Positions 1 through 13,669 of a DNA stretch of 64,000 nt are shown here, one piece after another. The translations under genes and the position numbers were made by a program. The DNA is from Eledone cirrhosa (Eukaryota): contig OZ024740.1 of the NCBI GenBank assembly GCA_964016885.1, forward strand, positions 316,696,001 through 316,760,000, given 5' to 3'. How positions within the stretch are numbered: position 1 is the first letter of the stretch; each line of letters begins with the position of its first letter. The notes under the pieces are model-generated. The model was not told the DNA's origin. It saw only the letters and a list, made by a program, of their open reading frames with translations, and did not search any database.

Positions 1-161
1 AGGTGTGATGCTAGAGCTGTGAAATCTTGCATGCCTTAATTTCAACTCTTCTTGTTAATAACTGCTTTGTTTCTTTCCAGGGACTATGTTGAAAAAATAA
101 ACCATAGTTGGTCATTCCATGAGAGTATCTTGGTCAACCTATGAACTTTTAAGCCAACCCT
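1..161. mobile_element. Mariner-like MITE, left end outside window
   Basis: Same family as 19902-20087 and 20134-20306; ends ...ctatgaacttttaagccaaccctc. Confidence 0.7.
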
Positions 162-467
162 CCAACTTTAATTAGGGTTAGGATTAACATATTTAATGCA
201 GTTGACATTAAAATACTAATTAAAAATAATTATGCAGTGAGGGAAAATATTATATTAATCATCAGTAAGAACAGAAGATAACCCTGAGTATATTTCAACC
301 TTAAGATTGCCTTAGCATGATATAAAACTCCTTATTTTAAAATGTTTATACTTATAGTTTATTCTTCCATCATAATTTTATTTAAGAAGTTTTTATTAAG
401 TAATGTTCTAAATATTAGCTTATTAATGAAAGAGTTAATTATTTTATTAAATTCCTTCAAATATTTG

Positions 468-1060
468 ATCTTCTTCGCCCACTTATTCCTGAGAGGGTTG
501 TGGAGGCAGAATCCTCAAACAGTCCTTTCAGTGGTACCTGTCAGAAGCAACTATCTCCAACTGATTTGGCTGGACAAGCCGAATTCATGGATGTTATCCA
601 ACCATCTTGCTTGGGGGTCTACCATAGGGTTTCCTGCCGGTTGGTTTTGCCTGTAAAATCTGTCCAACAATTCTTTCCTGAGACATTCTAAACACATGCC
701 TATAGTTTCAAAGAAGTAGTGGCACTACCTGGAGTGACTCTCTGATGTCCAAGCTATGCACTCTATTGAGTAACATTACTCCAAAGACCCTTCAGAGGAA
801 CCCCATTTCGGTTGCTTGTATTCATGATCATAGTATTTCAGTAATTACCCAAGATTCATGACAATAGGTAAGGGTTGGCACGAATACCTAATTGAAGATA
901 GCGTGTTTGGCTTTTACACCTACCTCCCTTCTTCTGATTACTGAATGCTGATGCTGGCACATTACTGCACCAGCTCCTGCAATTCTTGCACTTAATTCAG
1001 CCTCCTGCCTTCCATCACTTGTGAATATTACCCCAAGGTAGTTAACTTCTCCACCTGCTT
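468..1060 (-). pseudogene. Decayed RTE-type LINE 3' fragment
   Basis: Similar to 53340-53575 and 62490-62735; short (GAA) tail on minus strand. Confidence 0.55.
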
Positions 1061-2261
1061 ATTTTCAAAATTAATTGAAACACCTAAGGAATGTATTTCA
1101 GTAGAGATACAGTAACAGAAGGTTTAACTATACTTGAAGTAGTGATGGGAGAATCTCTAAGAAAATATTCAAGATTGTTCATTAATTAGCATAAAAAATT
1201 AGCATATTGTAGAGGATAAATTACTCAAACAAATTACTGGTCTTTCATGTTAGTTGTCCATCTGTACCTCTTTTATATATTCTAACTTTGGTACAAATTC
1301 ATATGGAGAACATTATTTAAATTTTGACCCTGGGGGAATAAAAGGCAAAATCAACTCGAATTTGAATCTAGACTCTGGATGTAAAGAGATGTCTTTAAAT
1401 CCCACAAAACATTTAGTCTGACACTCCAGCAGTTTCTATATAATCTACTATTGACTTAGTAAGGATCCAAGGTCTAGTATTTGTGAAGGAGAAAATAGAG
1501 TTGTGGTGATGTATATATATTAGTACCTGGTGCTTACTTTTTGGTCAATTATATACATTATTCATCATCATCTTCATCACATAACGTCTACTTTCACTGC
1601 TAGCTAGGGCTGTATTGGTCATCACAGACCAAGTTATTACTTAATCAGGGGCCCTAATCTCTCAGCTGGGTAAAGGTCTGTAACTCACATGTTCCTACAA
1701 AGGTTAGACAGGTCATCACAGACCAAGTTATTACTTAATCAGGGGCCTTTTGTCTAGATTCAAAAATCCTGTAACTTCAGGGAAGGAGAAGTGGGAGGCA
1801 GTGATGTTTATGCCTGGCTTAAAGAGATTAACTGCCATCAGCACTGAAATCTTCTCCAAAACTGTGTGTCTCTGGGAACCCATATCTCTTCTACAACACT
1901 CACCACTATATATTCTAACAGAAATACCATGATTTATCAATAAGCCTCATTTTTCAGCCTGTGGCTTTCGAGGTGTTTGGTGAGGGCTGAGTCAGTGACA
2001 ATAAGGTTTTTGTTATTGTTGCTAGCTTGTTTTACTGAAATATCAGGTGATGCTAGTAAGTGTAGCATCATAGCCACATTATAACCTACAGCAATGTTGT
2101 ATCATGGCTTATCTCAGAAATATTTAGAAGGAAACACCAAAATGTCATGTTATAGTGTGTAATTGAAAATGCATATCCTCTTCTATTTTTCTGACAAATT
2201 TTCATTGATTTGATTCTTTTGTAAATTATATTTATTATATAAATTGTGTCAGTATGTACAA

Positions 2262-2445
2262 TAATTGTTTCTACTTTTGGCACAAGGCCAGCAATTATCC
2301 CAGTGCATTACTGGTATTTTATGTTATCGACCCCGTAAAGATGAAAGGCAAAGTTAACCTTGGCAGGATTTGAATTCAGATCATAAAGGCCGTAACTCTA
2401 TGCTGCAAAGCATGACGTCCGACCCTCTACTGATACTGCCAATCT
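2262..2445 (-). mobile_element. SINE, family 2
   Basis: Shared core gcctttcatccttacggggtcgataaaataaagtaccag and tail ttgctggccttgtgccaaaagtagaaac; other copies at ~14031-14205(+), 28899-28990(+), 49975-50095(+), 51728-51815(-), 61030-61185(-). Confidence 0.75.
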
Positions 2446-2913
2446 GTATGTACAATAATGTACATAAAAATTATAGTACACTTTCAATAAAATAACTCAA
2501 GGATCTCATCAAACTTTTTACTAAGTCAAAAATATTGTATGTTAAAGAAAATGGAAAAAAGAATAGCTAGATGTTCTTGTATTTTCCAAGGAAGTAGCAA
2601 TGTAAGTAAAATGGAATGGATTTAACTAGAGCTGGAACTGTTGAGCTCTTGGCATGCCAAAGGCTTCTATTGTCCAGAGCATCAATAATTCAAATTAAAA
2701 TATATATATATTTATATATAGAGAGAGCCATTTTTCGTTTAAGAAACACAATATTTTGTAAATATAAAGCATATAACATTCAGGAAAAAGTATATATTTT
2801 AAAAACACTTCCACCTTAAATTATGTACTTTTTCCTAAATATAATATGCTTTATATATATGTACAAAATACTATGTGATTCTCTCTCTCACTATATATAT
2901 ATATATATATATA

Positions 2914-3506
2914 TGAATGTATGTATAGTATATTTGGCAATATACCGTATGTTTAATTAAAAACATTTTGAAGACCTTGCGCTATCATTTTAAAGTAGTG
3001 ACTATGTCACTTACTTCTTTTTTTGGCAAAGGGAAGAGAAGCTTCTCTCCCTTCCTTTGACAAAAAAAGAAGTGACATAGTCACTACTTTAAAATGATAG
3101 CGCAAGGTCTTCAAAATGTTTTTAATTAAACATACGGTATATTGCCAAATATACTATACATACATCGCTATTTAAGAGCACCAATCCTAATTTTTTATTT
3201 TTGCTGGACAGGCAATCGCTCTGTATAATCAGTTCGTGATTATTACTGGAATTCTATAAGAATCCAGCCTCTATAATTTTTGGCAAATGCAGAGAGTACG
3301 TTGCTCTGAGGAACACCAACAGTGTGAAACAGAATCTGTCAGCTTCTCTCCCTTCCTTTGCCAAAAAAAGAAGTGACATAGTCACTTCTTTAAAATGATA
3401 GTGCAAGGTTTTCAAAATGTTTTTAATTAAATATACGGTATATTGCCAAATATACTATACATACATTCATATATACATCGCTATTTCAGAGCACCAATCC
3501 TAATTT
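2914..3506 (+). mobile_element. Non-coding HHR-containing retroelement (retrozyme / mini-PLE-like)
   Basis: Inverted arm 2914-3043, unit 3040-3340, direct repeat 3341-3506; HHR at 3303-3343; flanked by (TA)n. Confidence 0.8.
3303..3343 (+). ncRNA. Type I hammerhead ribozyme
   Basis: GCT-CTGAGGA-ACAC(caaca)GTGT-GAAA-CAGA(a)TCTG-TC^AGC; canonical core, GUC cleavage after 3340. Confidence 0.9.
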
Positions 3507-3607
3507 ATATATATATATGTATGTATGTATGTAAAAGATAAACAGAAATAACAACAGAATCGGTACAGGAATATATTAGGTTAACGCTTGAAATAGCAGG
3601 CAGTGGG

Positions 3608-3643
3608 TCTTAACGTTTCGGATGCTAGTCCTTCATCAGAAGA
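3608..3643 (-). ncRNA. Minimal type I hammerhead ribozyme
   Basis: TCTT-CTGATGA-aGGA(ctagca)TCC-GAAACGTT^AAGA; palindromic AACGTT replaces stem III. Confidence 0.7.
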
Positions 3644-3731
3644 AAGAATGAGAAATAAGATAGATTGAAAGAACGGAATTGGAAAAAAATGTCTTTAGAT
3701 AAAAATAGCAGGTCCATTCATGTTGGCATCT

Positions 3732-3768
<37 letters not shown>

Positions 3769-3793
3769 TGTAATAAACAACATAAGATAATTA

Positions 3794-3854
3794 TTTCATT
3801 TACCAGTGGTTTCTTGAAAGCAAACAAAATTTGCTTTCAGTCATCAGAATGAAA
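3794..3854 (-). ncRNA. Type I hammerhead ribozyme, family C
   Basis: TTTCATT-CTGATGA-cTGAAAGCAAA..TTTGCTTTCAa-GAAA-CCA(c)TGG-TA^AATGAAA. Confidence 0.85.
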
Positions 3855-3989
3855 ACATCCTGGTGGATTTATTGACAGTGGATTTTAAAAACAAAAATAT
3901 AATCTATATGAAAGGAAGAAGGAAAGGAAAAAGAATAAATATAAAAGTAGATAAACACACCTGCACACACACACACACACATATATACA

Positions 3990-4410
3990 CAGACACACAT
4001 ATATACACACGTACATACACACATATACACGCATACATACGCACACACATATATAGATATATGTACACACACCTACATACGCACACACAATTAATTATAA
4101 GAAAAAATAATAATAATAAATAAAAATAAAAAACAATGGACAACCATATAATGCAATAGGCCGTCACATAAAATAAAAATAAAAATTATTATAAAGTTGA
4201 CAGCGATACAGGAATAATTTTTATTTTCTTAAGTCGTATATTTTTATTTTTATGTGACAGCCTATTACATTATATGGTTGCCCATTGTTTTTTATTTTTA
4301 TTTTTTATTATTATTTTTTCTTATAATTAATTGTGTGTGTGCGTATGTAGGTGTGTGTACATATATCTATATATGTGTGTGCGTATGTATGCGTGTATAT
4401 ACGTGTGTAT
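3990..4410. repeat. Long inverted repeat
   Basis: ~3990-4180 is the reverse complement of ~4240-4410. Confidence 0.8.
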
Positions 4411-4695
4411 GTACGTGTGTATATATGTATGATTATGTGTGTGTGTGTATATATATATATATATAAATGAAAAGTATAGAAAGTATTGTAAGAAGAAGCC
4501 AACAGTATTCCATAATATATAATACAAATTAAATATAACCTCTACATATATATATATATGTGTAGTGGTTATATTTAATTTGTTGGGATACAACAAGCAA
4601 AATATTTTTATAACTGATATAAAGCACTCAACAAATTATTGGAGTAAAATATACAATATATTAACAAATGGAAACTATATTTACAAAACCATATT

Positions 4696-4761
4696 TATTT
4701 CATTATACTTATTTCAAGGGCCACCAAGGTAAACTATGGTGCGCTTTCATCAGATAAAATA
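4696..4761 (-). ncRNA. Type I hammerhead ribozyme, family D (left arm of fold-back)
   Basis: TATTTTAT-CTGATGA-AAG..CACCA..TGGTG..CTT-GAAA-TAAGTA-TA^ATGAAATA. Confidence 0.75.
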
Positions 4762-4859
4762 TAATATAGGTTAGTTTTATACTATCCAGGAGATTCCAAC
4801 CAGAATGGTTGCATTTTTCAGGGTATGTCAATATTTATTTATAAAACTAACCTATATTA

Positions 4860-4925
4860 TATTTTATCTGATGAAAGCGCACCATAGTTTGCCTTGGTGG
4901 CCCTTGAAATATGAATAATGAAATA
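4860..4925 (+). ncRNA. Type I hammerhead ribozyme, family D (right arm)
   Basis: Same motif on + strand; stem III partly degenerate (TATGAA). Confidence 0.7.
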
Positions 4926-4967
4926 AATATGGTTTTATAAATATAGTTTCCATTTGTTAATATATTG

Positions 4968-6510
<1,543 letters not shown>

Positions 6511-6778
6511 TGTATAATAAACAATACAATATAATTACCTCATTACCAGAGGTTTCCCAAATAAGACGAATACGAAAGAAACGTCCTCATTCGTTCGTCT
6601 GACGAGGCAATATAAAACAGTGAAATATTTGGAAAGTCTCCTCAAGAAATGCAAAAAAAAAAATTATATATATATATAAAGACATATAAAATATATAAAA
6701 AATATAAGGAAATATAGTTAGGTGTGTGTATATGTATGTATATACACTCACAAATGTGCATATGTATGTATGTATGTA

Positions 6779-6940
6779 TGTACAAATGCGTGTGTATGGT
6801 GAACATGTGTGCGTAAGTACATATATGAGGGCAAGTATATTTGTGTATATGTAACCACAAATATGTACATATACACAAATATACTTGCCCTCATATATGT
6901 ACTTACGCACACATTTTCACCATACACGCGCATTTGTACA
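6779..6940. repeat. ~75-bp-arm hairpin abutting the RTE 3' end
   Basis: tgtacaaatgcg...tgtgtatatgta / tacatatacaca...cgcatttgtaca. Confidence 0.85.
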
Positions 6941-8925
6941 TCGTTTAACGTCCATGTTCCACGCTTGCATGGGTTTGGACGGGAGCTTTCCCACTTGAGG
7001 CAAGAGTGGTTGTCTTGCTCGCATAGGACTGTCTGGCGGGTCTTCTCTATTACTGAGTACCGCCAAAGGTCTCGGTCCAGTGACATTGTCTTGGAGAGGT
7101 GTAAGCGTGTGAGGTCGGAATTTATCAGCTCGTCCCATGTTTTCCTGGGTCTGCCTATTCCGTGGCTACCATCTATCTTTATTGCCCTGCACTTTGCTAT
7201 ACAGCTGTCGTCTTTCATGCGCATCACCTGACCATACCAACGTAGCCTTCTCTCGAGTAAACAACATCTGATCCCTCTTATTTCTAATTTTTTCCTTAGT
7301 TCGTTTATGCTTTGCCGTTCACGTATATTACTATTACACATCCAGCGGAGCATGCAAGCTTCGTTTCTCTCTAGTCTGCGTATATCCTCTGCACACAATG
7401 CCCAGGTCTCATTGCCATGCAACATTGCTGTTCGTATGCAGGCATCATACAACCTGCCTTTCATTTTTAGGGAGAAACCTTTAGCGGCTAATAGTGGTAT
7501 AAGCTCCCTGAACTTTTTCTATCCAGTTCTGACTCTAGCTACTGTACTTTCAGAGCACCCTCCCCCACTGCTGATTTTGTCACCCAGGTAACGGAAGCTG
7601 TCCACTATTTCTATAGAACCCTCTGCGCAGTTGAAAGAGCTAGTATTTTGTGGGCACTTGCTGCTACTTATTGCACCAGAGCACCGGCCACATGTAAAAT
7701 CTGTGTTCTTAGTTAGCTTACCTGTGATCCCACTACATCTTTTATGCACCCATACTTTGCATTTGGGACATAAAATGGAGTTTCTACCTACGCCTTTCCT
7801 ACACACTGAGCATGGCCATTTCCCGGAAGGGACCGGCGCCTTATTTTCTTTCCTACAAACTAGAACTTTAGTCTTAGCCAGGTTAATTTTAAGGCCTTTT
7901 GATTCTAGGCCGTGCTTCCATGTTTGGAATTTCTTCTCTAGCTCGCCCATTGATTCAGCTATGAGCGTTAGGTCATCTGCGTATAGGAGTTCCCATGGGC
8001 AGCCGGTCTTGAACTCCTCTGTTATAGCCTGAAGAGCAATAATAAATAGTAGGGGGCTAAGAACAGAGCCCTGATGGACACCAACTTTTACGCTAAACTC
8101 TTCACTATATTCGTTGTTAATTATAACCTTGCTCACTATTTCTTTATACATGGCTTGTATAGCTCTCACAAGCCATTCGTCAACACCTAGTTTTCTAAGA
8201 GCCCACCAGATAATGGAACGGGGGACTCTGTCGAAGGTTTTCTCCAAGTCGACAAAGGCTAAGTATAGGGGTTTACTTTTAGCTAGGTACTTCTCCTGTA
8301 GTTGTCGTACAATGAAAAGAGCGTCTGTGGTACTTTTGCCTGACACAAACCCGAACTGCATTTCATCTAGATCGATTCTCTCTCTGATTAGTTGCACTAT
8401 TACTTTTTCCATGACCTTCATGACCTGGTCGATTAATTTAATGCCTCTATAGTTACTCCTATCTAGGGCGTCTCCTTTACCCTTGTAACAGTTAATGATG
8501 ATGCTGCTACTGCTACGCCAGTCCTTCGGAACAAACCCATTCTGTATGACTTGGTTTACTATCCGGGTGACCATGGTGTGTCCCACCGTTCCAGATGCCT
8601 TCAGCATCTCAGTAACTATTTCCGAAGGCCCAGGCGCCTTACCCGTCTTCATATCTTTGATTGCCTTACTTATTATACTACCTTCAACTAACACTGCTGG
8701 TCCCTCTATTGGATCGATCTGGGGGAGACTATCTTTCTCCCATTTATTCTCCTCATTTAGTAGCCTCTCGTAGTGACACTTCCAAGCGACCTTCTTATCA
8801 GCGTCAGTGATGGCGAGTACACCATCATCATTTAGTACACACTTCTCCCCAATAATATCACGGTTTTCCTTGACACATTGCCTAGCAATCCTGAACACCT
8901 CACGTTTTTGGTCCTCGCGTTGTAG
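6939..8925 (-). mobile_element. 5'-truncated RTE-clade LINE: reverse transcriptase with PHD-like Cys finger
   Basis: ORFs 7519-8898 and 6748-7464 are in one frame, split by a single TAG; motifs NYRGIKL, QFGF, FVDLEKTFD, GVHQGSVLSP, LYADD, CSVC..CPKC..WVHKRC..CGRC, RRLRWYG, GRPRKTW. Confidence 0.95.
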
Positions 8926-8973
8926 ATGTGTGTGTATATATATATATATATATTTATTAAAATAACAGATTAA

Positions 8974-9024
8974 AGTTTAAGCAAAGAATCGCTGCTTTCA
9001 CCCTTAACGGGATCTTCTGAAACT
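8974..9024 (-). ncRNA. Hammerhead-like motif, core variant CAGAAGA (left arm of hairpin 8952-9105)
   Basis: AGTTT-CAGAAGA-tCCC(gttaa)GGGt-GAAA-GCA..TGC-TT^AAACT. Confidence 0.55.
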
Positions 9025-9031
9025 AACCTTT

Positions 9032-9082
9032 AGTTTCAGAAGATCCCGTTAAGGGTGAAAGTAGCGATTCTTTGCTTAAACT
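9032..9082 (+). ncRNA. Hammerhead-like motif, core variant CAGAAGA (right arm)
   Basis: Mirror copy of 8974-9024. Confidence 0.55.
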
Positions 9083-9225
9083 TTAATCTGTTATTTTAAT
9101 AAATATTTGCTCTACGGTTCTTATATATTTGATATATATTTATCCTTATCGAGCCCTCTTTGGATTTTAGTCTTCAAATTTATTATTATTACTATATATA
9201 TATATATATATGTGTGTGTATATCA

Positions 9226-9545
9226 TTTTCATCATCATCATTTCATTTTACATCCACTTTTCCCTGCTTGCAAGGGTGGGACGGGAACTGATTCTGGATG
9301 CCCTTCCTAACACCAACCTCATTTACAGTGAGTGGTGGGTGCTTTTTTGCCGTGGCACCTCCACGTCCACTTTACAGTGGAATGATAGGGATCCCAGTCC
9401 CTATCATCTCATTTCTACAGCTGAGTAAACTGGAGCAACGTGAAATAAAGTGTCTTGCTCAAGGAAACAACACATCACACGGTCTGAGAATTGAACTCAC
9501 AACCTTTCGATTGCAAGGTCAATGCTCTAACCACTAAGCCATGTG
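9226..9545 (-). mobile_element. tRNA-derived SINE, family 1
   Basis: A box TGGCTTAGTGG, B box GAGTTCAATT, CORE-like ccttgagcaagacacttt, (ATG)n tail. Confidence 0.85.
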
Positions 9546-9565
9546 TGTATATATATATATATATA

Positions 9566-9868
9566 GGCACATGGCTTAGTGGTTAGAGCATTGGCCTTGC
9601 AACAATCGAAAGGTTGTGAGTTCAAAGTTCAATTCTCAGACCGGGTGATGTGTTGTTTCCTTGAGCAAGACACTTTATTTCATATTGCTCCAGTTTACTC
9701 AAAGTGGTCGTGGAGGTGCCACGGAAAAAAAGCACCCAGCACTCACTGTAAATGAGGTTGGTGTTAGGAAGGGCATCCAGCTGTAGAAATCAAGCCAGCA
9801 TCAGTTCCCGTCCCACTCTTGCAAGCAGGGAAAAGCGGACGTAAAATGAAATGATGATGAATGATGAT
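9566..9868 (+). mobile_element. tRNA-derived SINE, family 1 (head-to-head with previous copy)
   Basis: Same boxes and tail; internal deletion. Confidence 0.85.
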
Positions 9869-10030
9869 ATATATATATATGTATATGTGTGTGTGTGTGT
9901 GTCTGTACATGTGTGTTTATCTACTTTTATATTTATTCTTTTTCCTTTCCTTCTTCCTTTTCCAACCTCACTTTCATATAGATTGTATTTTTGTTTTTAA
10001 AATCCACTGTCAATAAATACACCAGGAATT

Positions 10031-10091
10031 TTTTATTCTGATGACTGAAAGCAAATTTTGTTTGCTTTCAAGAAACCACTGGTAAATGAAA
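10031..10091 (+). ncRNA. Type I hammerhead ribozyme, family C (within element ~9910-10189)
   Basis: Core and stems nearly identical to 3794-3854. Confidence 0.85.
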
Positions 10092-10188
10092 TAATTATCT
10101 TATGTTGTTTATTACATAACTATTAAGCTCTGTAACCTACATAGAGCACTCTTTTTTCCTAGACCTTTCCGACGGAATTACTTCATTT

Positions 10189-10299
<111 letters not shown>

Positions 10300-12254
10300 C
10301 CATTCATTTCCTCTGTGCATCATTATGCCATGCTTGTTACATAATGAAACAAATATTGGTTAATATCAAGGCTTAGAAATTCTTACCCAAACACTAGCTA
10401 CCTACACAAAATTAACAAACGCATTGTTCTGTGTTCACAAATACAGCAGAATACAAGAGTGGGCTGATAAGGTCACAGGCAGACTATGGTGAAATCTTGC
10501 ATGCATTAATCAACTCTTTTTAATAACTGCATTGTTTCTTTCCAGAGACTATGTTAAAAAATAAACTCATTTGGTCATTCTATTTTAATTATTTTTTTAA
10601 ATGTTTATAATAGTAAAAACAATTTAACTAATTAATGAAGAATTTTGAGGGATTTACTAAAATGATTAATGATTTCATTAGTAAGATAATAACAATGTAA
10701 GGTTCTTAAATAAAATTATGTTGGAAGATTTTAAATTAAATTGGAAACCTTTATTTCATAGAACCAGAGCTGGTTTAGGCCAAGCTGGTAACTAAAAAGG
10801 AACGATCGACTTTCTTCAAATCGGACCGAGTAAACAATGTTTCCATTGGTCTTTCCAATTGCTAATACTATCTATTGGTTGCAACTCCAGGTAGAAGGAG
10901 CAACGTGAAATAAAGTATCTTGATCAAGGACATAACACATTGCCCGTTTCGGGAATTGGACTCACAACCTCACAATTGCAAATCCAATTCTCTAACCCTC
11001 AGCCACACACCTTCACTAGTAACTAAAGGGTTAGATTAAAAGTTTTACTTTAGTTTCCTCCAAATTTTCACACTGATCTGTCCACAAGTAAAGATAATAT
11101 AAACATTTGAATTGACAAACCTGTTTTTAGATATTTTCTGCTAAGTCATTACAATATGTGAAGAGTGAATGTAGCAGGCAAATCTCCTGCAACTAACTCC
11201 TACCATCTTTAAAATGGAGATAAAGTTTCAAGACTGGAATGTCTCAGAATGGAAATGGCTAAGATACTGCTTGAATTAGGAAGCAAAACCTAAACTAACA
11301 TGTTAGACAACATTCTTTTATTCTTTTATTTGATTCAGTTAGTCGACTGATGCCATGCTGAGGCACCGTTTTGACTTAGTCGATCATATCAACCCCAATA
11401 TTTATATATATTTTTTAATCTGGTACACTCACAAGGCATTGGTCAATCTGAAGCTATAATAGAAGACCGAGGGCATGTGTGTGTGTGAATGTGCACGTGC
11501 GTTCGTCAGTATGTGTGCGTGTACGTGTGTATATGTATCTGTGTGGGTCAGTTGAAGTACAATGTTATATTTATACCGTATATATAAAAAAAATCAAAAA
11601 AAATCACCAGTAGTAACATCGTTTATGTCCACGATAAACAATACACCCTGCCGTATAGTTCAACTAACAATACTACTAGACTTGATGGGTGCAACTCGAT
11701 TTCGAGTAATGCCATCGCTTGATACTTAAGCATGATCATCACGGACGTGGCTTTTGATCCTGCTAGGGACTTGCCTATGGCTAAGCAAGGCCATGCATCA
11801 CAAAAAAATGTCACATCAAACGATGCCTGTGTTTGAAGCTGTTTTTAAGTGAGGAAAGGCTTTGTATGGGGCCAATCCCACTCGGAACATCAAATCGATT
11901 TACCGAAAAAGTAAAACTGGTCTACATCATTGGATGCAAATGAAGTCGCAGGTTTTACATCAGAGTGACTTTCTCCTAGAGAGATGTCTTTCGCTCCACG
12001 AAAAATAAAACGCAAAAAAAGTATGGCGTGCGTGTCTGTATGTATATCTATATACATACAGACACGCACGCCATACTTTATACACACACACACATACACA
12101 CCATACTTAGAATAAAGTATGGGTTGGCATCAGGAAGGGCATCTATCTAGCCATAAAGAAACCTGCCCTAAAATGTTTTGCTCTGATCTCAAGCAAGCAT
12201 AACACAAACGACTGGAAAAAAATATATATATACTTATATAGTTTGTGTGTGTAT

Positions 12255-12292
<38 letters not shown>

Positions 12293-12442
12293 CAATTGAA
12301 GAAAATTGGTTGATCAAAAATCTGTCGACTTATTCTTAAACAGACGTGACGCACTCCACGATTTTTGTTCCTTAGGATTTTCCCCTTAAGGTAACGTCGG
12401 GAGTTTTAGTATAATAAATAAGAGACGGTTTTACTCATACAT

Positions 12443-12502
<60 letters not shown>

Positions 12503-12791
12503 TTACGGCCGTTTTTCGACACTTGCACGGGTTGGATGGATTACATATATACACACACATATACTTAGATATATATATATATGTGTAAACACAAATAGTG
12601 TGGGTAAGGAGAAAAGGAAGTATTCCATTAATAAATAGAGTTATATTATATTGTATTATATTATATTTATATTAAATTTATATTTATAGGAAACTGAAAA
12701 CTTTACAAATGTTTACTCTAGAATTCTTGTTCCCTGTCATTAGATGATAAACAACAAACAATAGCTATATAATATATAACACTCAGAAATA

Positions 12792-12869
12792 CGGGCTGTC
12801 TCCCCAAAATGCATACACATATTTATTAGAATGCTGTTGAAGTGTATATACATTTTTGGGGACACCCTG
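12792..12869. mobile_element. Tiny Tc1-like MITE
   Basis: Imperfect TIR c(a)gggtgtccccaaaa; TA flanks. Confidence 0.55.
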
Positions 12870-13206
12870 TATATACTATTATCTTTATGTAACATATGTG
12901 TGTGTGTGTGTGTGTGTGCATACATATAAACACACACTCAGCCAGTCAACCACTCAAACTGATACTTCGAAGTCACTGCCAATTTTCTAGAAAATAAATT
13001 TCTATACTTTTCCTACCAATAATTTAATGTTTGTATGTTTTAAATATTACCGTATTTTAAACACACGTTGTAATACATACATAGGAAGAGAGCTGTGTAT
13101 ACAAAAGACATATATATACCTAACTATAGTAAACATTGTGTACATACACACAAGAGAAAATAGAAAAAATAGTTTTGCTGATAACAAATATTTTGTATTA
13201 CTTACT

Positions 13207-13319
13207 ACTAGAAATGACACAGCAAGGATGTGCAGTAAGGTAGGCAGTCCCAGGAAAGCTTTAAACACCTCATTATTATCACTGTGAGTAACTCGATGTC
13301 TTAATTTCTTATCAACCAT
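13207..13319 (-). CDS. Candidate first coding exon of an unidentified host gene (MVDKKLRHRVTHSDNNEVFKAFLGLPTLLHILAVSFLV)
   Basis: ATG with upstream in-frame stop, GTAAGT donor right after the frame, pyrimidine-rich acceptor ctttcag at ~13442-13448; non-repetitive. Confidence 0.35.
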
Positions 13320-13669
13320 TGGAAAACCAAAGTTTTTTTCTCTGTCATTTTAATAAGGAACATTGATATCAAACTCAAAGGTGAGCCTCAAAGAACAATT
13401 AGCACCATGGTGTGGTTGTAAAATGGACTTTCACAAGGGGTCTGAAAGTTCAGAAAACTTCATACAACAAAAACAACCACAAAAGAAAGACTATATTATG
13501 ATTATATAAATACACACACACACACAGAGACATATATACATAGGCTTATATATATAGACAAACATTTATCCCTACATTTTTAAAGGTATAATAATATATT
13601 TGGAACCACTTAGTAGTGGCATTATTGTGACTAGCATAAAAACCACCCTTCGGGTGGTTCTCTGCTAGC

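Noticed and set aside
6536-6655. Possible hammerhead (CTGACGA on +, CTTGAGGA on -)
   Set aside because: Could not close all three stems convincingly
9566-9650. tRNA gene
   Set aside because: tRNA-derived SINE head continuing into SINE body; no proper acceptor stem
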